A stretch of DNA of 40,267 nt from an uncultured Clostridia bacterium (GTDB taxonomy: Bacteria; Bacillota; Clostridia; Christensenellales; UBA1242). Made by a program: the position numbers and the translations under genes. Shown in pieces: positions 24,801-33,800 of this stretch (its first letter is position 1; every line of letters begins with the position of its first letter). The notes below the pieces were generated by a model. That model was not told the DNA's origin, did no database searches, and saw nothing but the letters and a program-made list of their open reading frames with translations. The DNA is taken from the NCBI GenBank assembly GCA_947631875.1, contig CANRMV010000001.1, positions 1-40,267 of the forward strand, read 5' to 3'.

Positions 24801-27800
24801 TTCTTTGTAAAGAGTGTTGGGCTTAAAACAATCAAAAGAGATGTATCCACAGGAACAGACAAGGATTTGCAAGAATATGACGACTTGCAAACAGTTCTTG
24901 CGGCAAGTATGGTGGAAGTTAGAAAATATGTGACAAAAGGCACATCGTTTGCCTTTGCAGATTTGGTTGAATTCTACACATCTTCAAATGAGGACAAGGC
25001 GGTTGATATTAAAGTTGGCGTAAGTGCACCATTCTACAACAATTTGTTAGATAGTCAAAAAACAGATTTGGGCAAAATGCTTACATTTGATTCTGATGTG
25101 AAGAACTTTGGATTGCTTTCCAATATAACCTCTATCACTTTCAATCATCCATTCGGTGAGGACACATTTATTGATTTTATTGTGACAGATGACGGAGCAA
25201 ATTTGTTCTCAATCACTTTGAGGTTGCACATTTTGTCCAATATAACAATGGCTCCATCCTTTGACACCTATTCATCCAAAGAGCACATTCCTTCTCAATA
25301 TTTGGTTAGAAGCACAGAATATGTAAACGCATCACCTGTGTTTGCTGGCGCACAACTTTTGTTTAAAGATTACATGCCTTTGAGTGCAAGGAATGGCGGG
25401 CTGTCTGTTTCATATTCTTGGACAGATGACAACAGTATGTTTATAACAAATATGCAAGGTGTGGAAGAGTGGAAAAAAGACACAGATCCAGGCATTCAAG
25501 TTGACGTTCAATATGAATTCGGTCGCGCTGAGTTTACAGTTTATTATGGTGTTGAATCTCAATATGCACTTCATCAAACAATAACCTTGTATGTTAACCC
25601 AGATGTTCTTGTGGTTAAGTACTTAACAAAAGCAAATGAAAATCCATATGTAAACCTTGAAGGATATTTTGGTGGCCACGAAGAGACAGGCAAAGTGTTT
25701 GGGGTTTATAGATTAACAGACTATATTGAAAAAGGCACGCTTGGCGATGAATTGGAATTGGATTATTCTCTCAATTATACAGGCGAAGAGGGATCTCAAT
25801 TCATTGCAATGAGTGACGAAGACAAATATGTTTTTGTTGGAAACAAGAACCTAGACCTTTATTATGGACAAAAGATAACACAAGAGTTTGGTTTTGCTGT
25901 TTCGGTTTCCTCTGAACCTGGAAGCCAAACAACTTCATCTGCTCTTGAAGGGGCAACAATAACAATGATTGGTGGAGATCTGGGAGAGATTTCACTTGGC
26001 AAAGAGGGAAATCCAATTCAAATTGCCATCGACTTTGGCATAGATCAAAATGAAGGTGAAAGCATCGTTTTCCAAGCAAAAGGTGGAGACACAAGCGGTG
26101 CACTTGCGCCTGTTGTTAAATACAATAAGGACGGGCAAACACAAACTTATGTTGTGATTGAGCCACCATCAGGAAATAACGATGGCTATTATGCAGCAAA
26201 TGGTTATAAAATTTCGTCAGCACAAGGAATTTTAAGTGTTTCAGGGCAAGGAAATCTTGCTCACTTAATTGTTGGCAATCCACCATTTTTGAGTGTTGAC
26301 GGAAATAGTTTTGTTGCAACAAAAACTTTCACAGACAGCAAAGACGGCACGCTCACTATTTCCTTAACTGTTAATGTTATTGTAACGGGCATGGGAAAAG
26401 ACAATGTTTATTACACCAATGATTACACAAATAATGAAAGTGGTGTTGACAAAAAATTCAATGTATTCACCAATGAGGATAGAAAAGAAATGACATATGA
26501 TGTTCTTATGGGCAGTGGTGAAGGACTTGAAAAAGAGAAGGTTTATCAAACTCTCAAAGCGGGACAAGAATACACCATAGTTCACAATTTGAATGGCGCA
26601 GAAACGAGTAAAACTCCTGAGCCTGGCTTCTATTACAACAGTTTTGATGCAAACATTTCTGCTTCTTTGAAAATAGTCAAAGCCACAGCAAACGGCGTTA
26701 CGCAAGATATAAGCGAAGACGGAAAGAGAACAAATCTTGCAACCATTAAAGAGGACAACAAACTTCAAATAAACCATTTGGAAAGCAGTTACACAGAAAC
26801 TTATTTGATTTTGGAACTCACTTTGCAAGAGGCTGGGCTGAACGGAAGAACGTTCACTTGGTATTACAGAATAAAGATTAAGCCAAGTTTCACTGTTGGA
26901 CAACCAACCTATCCTTATGGAGAAAATGGCGAATATCTAGACAAACATTCATCTTATTATAAAGAAGAGACAGACCGCTATGAAATTGACCTGTCTGAAA
27001 CTTTCACATATTCAAACAGCGGACGTCAGGGCGGAACGAGATTTGGAGCCCTCACTTTCAATGAAGAAACGGTTGTCGCAACGCCACAATATGAAATTGC
27101 AAGTGCTTATTTGTCAAAAGAGGCAAATGTTGCACTTGACCCAGCAAATTATGACGAATGTTTTGAAATCAGAGTTGAAAAAGAATTGTTGACAATCAAA
27201 GTTAAAACAGATCAACCGCTCACAATATATCTAAGACAATATTACACGCTTGACGAGATGCGATTGCTTGGCAGCGAACAGAGTTACATTTTGCGCTTCA
27301 ATCAAATGTCCGGCTTTGACCACAGTTTGAGTTATAATTCTGATTATAATCCTGATATAACAAGCAGTAAAAGCGAGCCTCTCACCGCCAAAGACAATGT
27401 TTATGAAGCCGAGTTGGTTCAAACCAAAACGGGCGTGTTCACACCAGACATTCAAAAGAAAGAGGCTGCCGACAGAGTTAGCAACTACCTTGATCTTGAT
27501 GTTTACATCAAGGGCAGTGAGGCCGATTTGAAAGCCGCATTAAAACCTTATGTCACAGTTGAAGCGGGAACAACTTACACTGTTGAAGGCGAAGAAGGCG
27601 GCAAAACTTTTGATGCAACAGCCTCATTCTTTGCAAGCAGCGTTGAGCAAGATGTGGCAACAAGAAATTGGAAGATTGTTGGCGTTGAGCCTGATGCAAA
27701 AACCTATGTGTTCACAGAGACAGAATTTGAAAACGTTTCATACACATATGTTAAAATTGAAAACAATGGTGACGAAAGCGCACCACGCAAACTTCTAACC

Positions 27801-30800
27801 TTTAAAGCACAAGAAACAATCACAAGGGATTATAATTTTGAAGTTGGCGTGTTCAGTGACGAACAAGTTATATTCAAAATAAATCTCACAGTCACAAGCG
27901 TGTATAAATACAAACTAAACACCGAATTTGAGGGTGGCAAAACTTATGACTTCATTGGTGCAAACGGCATTATCAAAGAAATCAACTTGCAAACAGGAGT
28001 TGAGGAATTGAAATTTGATTTGCAAGACAAAACACAGAAAGCCCCATTTGGAAACGACAATGTCACACTTGACAACCTTTTGACAATCGATAATGAAACG
28101 GATAAAAAGATTACTTTTGCCGAACTTTTGGAAGATGTAACATTTACATTTAATGTGTCCATAGAGGAAAAGGTGGGAGAAGCGGTTAAAGTTAAATTCA
28201 CCTTCCCAATAACAATCACGGTTAAGAAAAGTGCAAGCGTTCAAAAGGAATTCACGAATGACCGTTATGAACTTTCTGGCTACACTTTTGAAGTTGGACT
28301 TGAAACGAATTTGACAAACGCCAGCACAAATAAAACCATAAAAGACACATTTGGGCTTACACAACTTGCCCAATTAGATGCTGATGTCAAAAATGGTTAT
28401 GCACTTATGGGCGGGAATTACCCTGTTGAAGACATTTCCATAACGCCAGCAGAAGCATCAAGTGATTTTACACGACAAACACAACAAATGACAATAGGTT
28501 ATTACTTTGATAACATATTAATATTTAATTATGATTTTGAATTTGTTTATTATGTTAACCGCAGTGTAACCCTAACGCCAAACTATCCAGACCCAGACGG
28601 CAACACCAACAACGGAACATTAAACACCGAATATATTGGCACAAATGCGTATGGTGATGGAAGTTATCAATCGGCAACAACACTTTCATTCTTCACCACG
28701 CCAGCAATGTTTGCCAGAGACTCACAAAACAGGGTTGTTCAAGGCTGGACAGACTACTTTATGAGAAGATGGAATGTTGATTGGGATGCTAAATGGAATG
28801 ATGCCCACAAAGATGACGAACCAAAGCCAGAGAAACCACAGCCAGAGGAGCCAACCAACAGCGATGTTGCATTGATATACACAATATCCATAGCAACCAT
28901 AGACACAGGACTTACTGTTTATGCAAATGGAAAAGCATATCCAAACGAGGGGAATTCAACCCTTCTTCAAAACAAAGGTTTCCGAGATGTTGATGCTTTG
29001 AATTTGATGTTCAGATTGGACAGAGAAATTACATCAGCCAAAGTTACTTTCAACATTCAAGTTAATGGCGTATCAACACAATATGTTGTCACAGTTGTTC
29101 AAGGAGATGTGATTAAACTTGTTCAAACTCCAACAAATTACTCTTCATACGAAGGCGCAAATCAAGCCGAAACAATTTATGTTGAGGATTTGAACAAATA
29201 TATCAATGACGATGGCGACACAAAATTATTTGCTCAGAAGCGTCTTGTAACCTACAAATTGCGAGAAAATCAAGTTGGCACCACTTTGTTTGCAAGGTAT
29301 ATTCAAAACAACACAAGTGGACAAGCGGTTGTCATTCAACTAGACACGTCAACATCAGAAAAGGTTTACTTTGACATGGGTCGCAGCCTTGCCAATATGC
29401 GTTTTGATGCAATCTATGGACAAAATTCGAACGGATCAGTGTCTGATAAGAAAGACAATGCTGTTGTGTTTGACACTGAAAACGATGGGCTTATAAAAGA
29501 AACATCCAGACTTACCGCTTATTATTATGAAACAGAAATCATGACGGACATAAGCATTATTCGCCGAAAGAAAACAAATGACGGTTATGAAGATTGGCAA
29601 GCAATTTCTGGCAAGTATGGGACAACAACCGCTGAGGCAATAGAAATAACAAAAGGAGAAAACTATGAACAGTCAGAACAAGGGCTGACAAGTGCTTTGG
29701 GCTATGACAAAACAAACCATGTTGTGAGATACAGTTTTGCAATAGAATATAAAGAATATGACGAAGACGAAACCGAAAACACCATATATTTCTCACCTAT
29801 TGAATACTCAATTCGCGTAACAACCGAACTTTTGGTTACAGGCAACGCAAACACCATTGAGAATAAAACTGATTCACTTGGCAACACAATCAATCCATTA
29901 GACGGATTGCGCATTCAAGAAATTGAGGCAGGCAAAGATCAGAACCTTATGGGTATGACGGGCTTTGGCTTCACAAATGCAAGAACAGGCAAAACAATCG
30001 CACAAATTAATGCTTCCGCAAGAATTGGACTTAAAATTTATGGCTTTGAGGAATGTGCGATTGAGGCAAGCAGCGATGTGCTTACAAATAGTGCATATGT
30101 TTTGCACAATTATCTGACAAATCATTTCATAGGAGACATTTGGTATGAAACAGGGCTGTTGCCACGACATGGCATGGATATTAATGACAACACAGCAGAT
30201 GGCTCTGCGGGCGACAACTACATCATGTATTATGGTGTTGACCAAAAAGACTACACCATCCGAGCGCAACACTGCTCGAATGATGGAAACTATGTTATGA
30301 TAAGAATGCAATACATAGTTAATTGGGGCAGCGAAGATGTCACAGTTACACAAGACAACAACCTCTTGTTTAAAGTTGTTCCAGGCTCAAATATGACAGT
30401 GCAAATAAAAGAGGGTGTAAACTCCACAAGTTATTCTTCAAGTTCACTTGTTGATGAAATTCGCGATGGAAGAACTTACAGGAGCAATGCAAACAATCCA
30501 TACATCTTTGCGATGGGAACAAGTGATCAAGATTTCTATTTGGTTAACGACAACAACACCTCAACCAGCGCAACAGAAATGTCAATCATTAAAGTTCTTA
30601 AAGGCAACAATCAAAGTTATGGTGCAAAAGATTTCACATTCACCTACACGCCAACCAACGGCGAATATAACAACTTTAAAAAATTCGAGGGCACGCTTTC
30701 GGGTTGGACACCAGATCCAAAGGGTTTGGAAACCTCACCAAAGTACACGAGAAAGGATGCCACAGTAAAAGCCACAGCACCTCGTGTTAATCTTGGCACA

Positions 30801-33800
30801 AAGAAGATGTATATCACATTTGAAGATGACTATGGCTACAAAGGCATATTCTATTTCAACATCCAAACCACAGGCATCGAGCCAGCATTTGCTGAAAACA
30901 ATGCACTTGAACTTACTGAGGGCGAGCAATTAACATTCAGCGTTGCATATCAAAATGTTTCTGTTTCCGGCGACGGAAAATCGGATTCGGATGCTGCCCT
31001 TACTGAAACCTCCAAACAATGGGTAACATATGAGGCCTTTGATTACACAAAAGATGCTAAAACGGTAGCAGTGACAGGGCTCCCTGATGGCATTAAAGTT
31101 AATGGGTTAAGAATGATTGCAACTGTGGGCGGACAAGTGTTTACAAAAGAAGCCTTAGCGGAAGATAATAACAGCAAAGACAACTTTAAAGACGCGGAAG
31201 AGGGTGGCAGTTCTTTACTTAGTGGTGGCGCGTATAATAATAAAAGTAAAATTTACATTTGGAGCAAAACAGGAGACGAAACCGAAGAAGGTGATGTTAG
31301 AGGACAAGGTGTAGATCTAGACAAGAACTGGAAACTTGGGCAAGATAAGGAGCCAGGACTTACACTAAAAGAACTTGAAGAGTCAAACACAAAAATCGTG
31401 TTTGAGTTTAGATACACAAAACATATGAAACAAGCGAATGAAAGCAAACAAGTGCCAGGCGATATAACTTCGGGCACAGGCTTGTATACAGCAAAATACG
31501 GGGAAGTTCAATTAAGTCAAACACACACTATTGGCGAAACGCACATTCCAACAAAAGATGAATTGGGAATTACGGGAAACATAACTCCAATAGCAATCAC
31601 AGGAATTGGCGCTTATGCTTATAACAACACGCTGGGAACGCTTGATGAAACCTCTGTTATTAACGCGAAGACCGCTTCTAAATTTATAGGAAACGGCAAT
31701 GAATTTACTGTGAAAGAAGGCAACAAGAAGTATTATGAAGGTGAAATCACAGTTCAAAAAATTGAATTTGTTTTGAAGAGTGATGAAAAAACTCCTGTTA
31801 CGCCAACAACAATAACACCACAAGGAACAGAAACCACACTTTTGGCAGATCCAAACAAGTTCTTTGTGGCAGAGCAAACGCAGGACGGAGGGAGCACTTT
31901 CAAACTTATTCAAGGAAAGGGATATAGTGTAGAAGAAAAGGAAGGAGAAAATATTACAACAGAAGGAACTCAAACCTTCACAGTTCCAGATGTGAAAGGC
32001 TATTTGTATGGCGTGTCAGATCGCATTTCCGGAGTTGAAATGCTTGTCACACTGACAACCAACAACAAAGAATCAGACGACCAAGAAACTCAGGTGCTTA
32101 AACGAGACGTAACAATCAAGAAAAATAATGCAAGTGTGCCATTCTCCAATCTTAATACTCATGATGGAGATCCAATTTCGAAAGACAATGAAGGTTCAAC
32201 TGTTTACAACAACACACTTGAAGTTGTGGTTGATGCTCACACAAAAGGAACAGTCACAATTTTAACAAAAGATAATGGCATATCCGATTCGACATGGACA
32301 AAAGAAACATATGATGTTTCAAATGATGCAGATTTTGCTGTGACAAAATATCTTAAAATTATAGGCGATAATTATTCCTATACAAAAGAAACTATTGGTA
32401 ATGCAAGATTCAAGGTTGAAGCACAAAAAACAAGTACAACAGGCAATATAACGATGCTTTACAACTCTTCGGAATTGGATGAGGAGAATCAAATAGATGA
32501 TTATAATGACCAAATCACCCTTCGCATAAATGACCCATCTGAACTTGGCGGAAACATTAGAGAGAAGGCTTACAAAACTGAAAAACTTTACTTCTTATAT
32601 TATACTACTAGTGTGCAGGGCGAAACGACTGCACGACAATCGGATGAATTATATCGTCAAGAGCCAGAATTTAAGGTTTATCCAAAAATTTCCACTCTTG
32701 TGAATGGTTCAACAATTTCAGTTGATAAATATTTAAGAATTTCCGAAACGGACAAATCGCAATACTATGTAATTCCTTTCCAATCTTGGGCAGAAAATGT
32801 TAAGGTTAAGGATTTTAAAGATGATGAAAATGAAGTGGCATTAAACGGACTTAATGCTTATCAATTCTATTTCGACATCAATGCATATGCCATTGAAGGC
32901 GGAAGTGCGGGTGGTGCTGCATACATCGATGAAAGAGGAACAATAACCACAACCAACTCCTTTAATCCAACAAGTGATGGTATTGCAGTGAATGTTTATG
33001 CCAATGTATCTGGAAACGATGGAATGTATGAAAACGACATTTCTAAGATGGAAAACAAAGATAAGATGTATCTTGGCACTGTTGACTTGGCACTTAGACA
33101 TGTCGATGCCTCTGGCTTTAATAAGATAGCCGATCAAAAGGCGGTATATGACATAATTCAAAGTTCTGTGTGGTCAGAGCAGTTTGTTGCACAATATGAC
33201 AAAATTGAGGCAACAAATAAAACAAATTGGACATCTAGCAACATTTCAAAGATTGTTGAAGAAAATATCACTAATGAAGGCACATTTACAGCAGCGATTG
33301 GCGAAAAAGTTGATTTAAGAAAGATGTTTAAAGATATTGAACTAACCAACGAAACGCCAGGATTTAAGATTACCAACAACAAACATTATCATTTGGTAAA
33401 AATTGATGAAAATTACGTTCCATATAATAATGTTGACTATTACACCTTCACAAACGCCGGGTCCTACACATTAACTATTATGCAAACAGGACGAGAGTCT
33501 GACGCAACATATCGTCGACAACTGTTTACAGTGAATATGATTGTATATTCAAGCGGGACAAGTGCTTTGAAATACACCAGAGTTGTGGAAGACGGCAACG
33601 AATTTAGTTTAAGCACATTAGACACGGCACAATTTGGCGGCGACAAAACCACAGAATGGTTTGTTCTTGACAAGACAACAAATTCGATGACGGATGTTGG
33701 TGGAGATTACACCATTTCCACACAATCTAAATCCGACAACTTTAATTACGGAAGAAATGAACGCTCATTCTTGGCTCAAACAACAGAAGGCTCAACCGTC

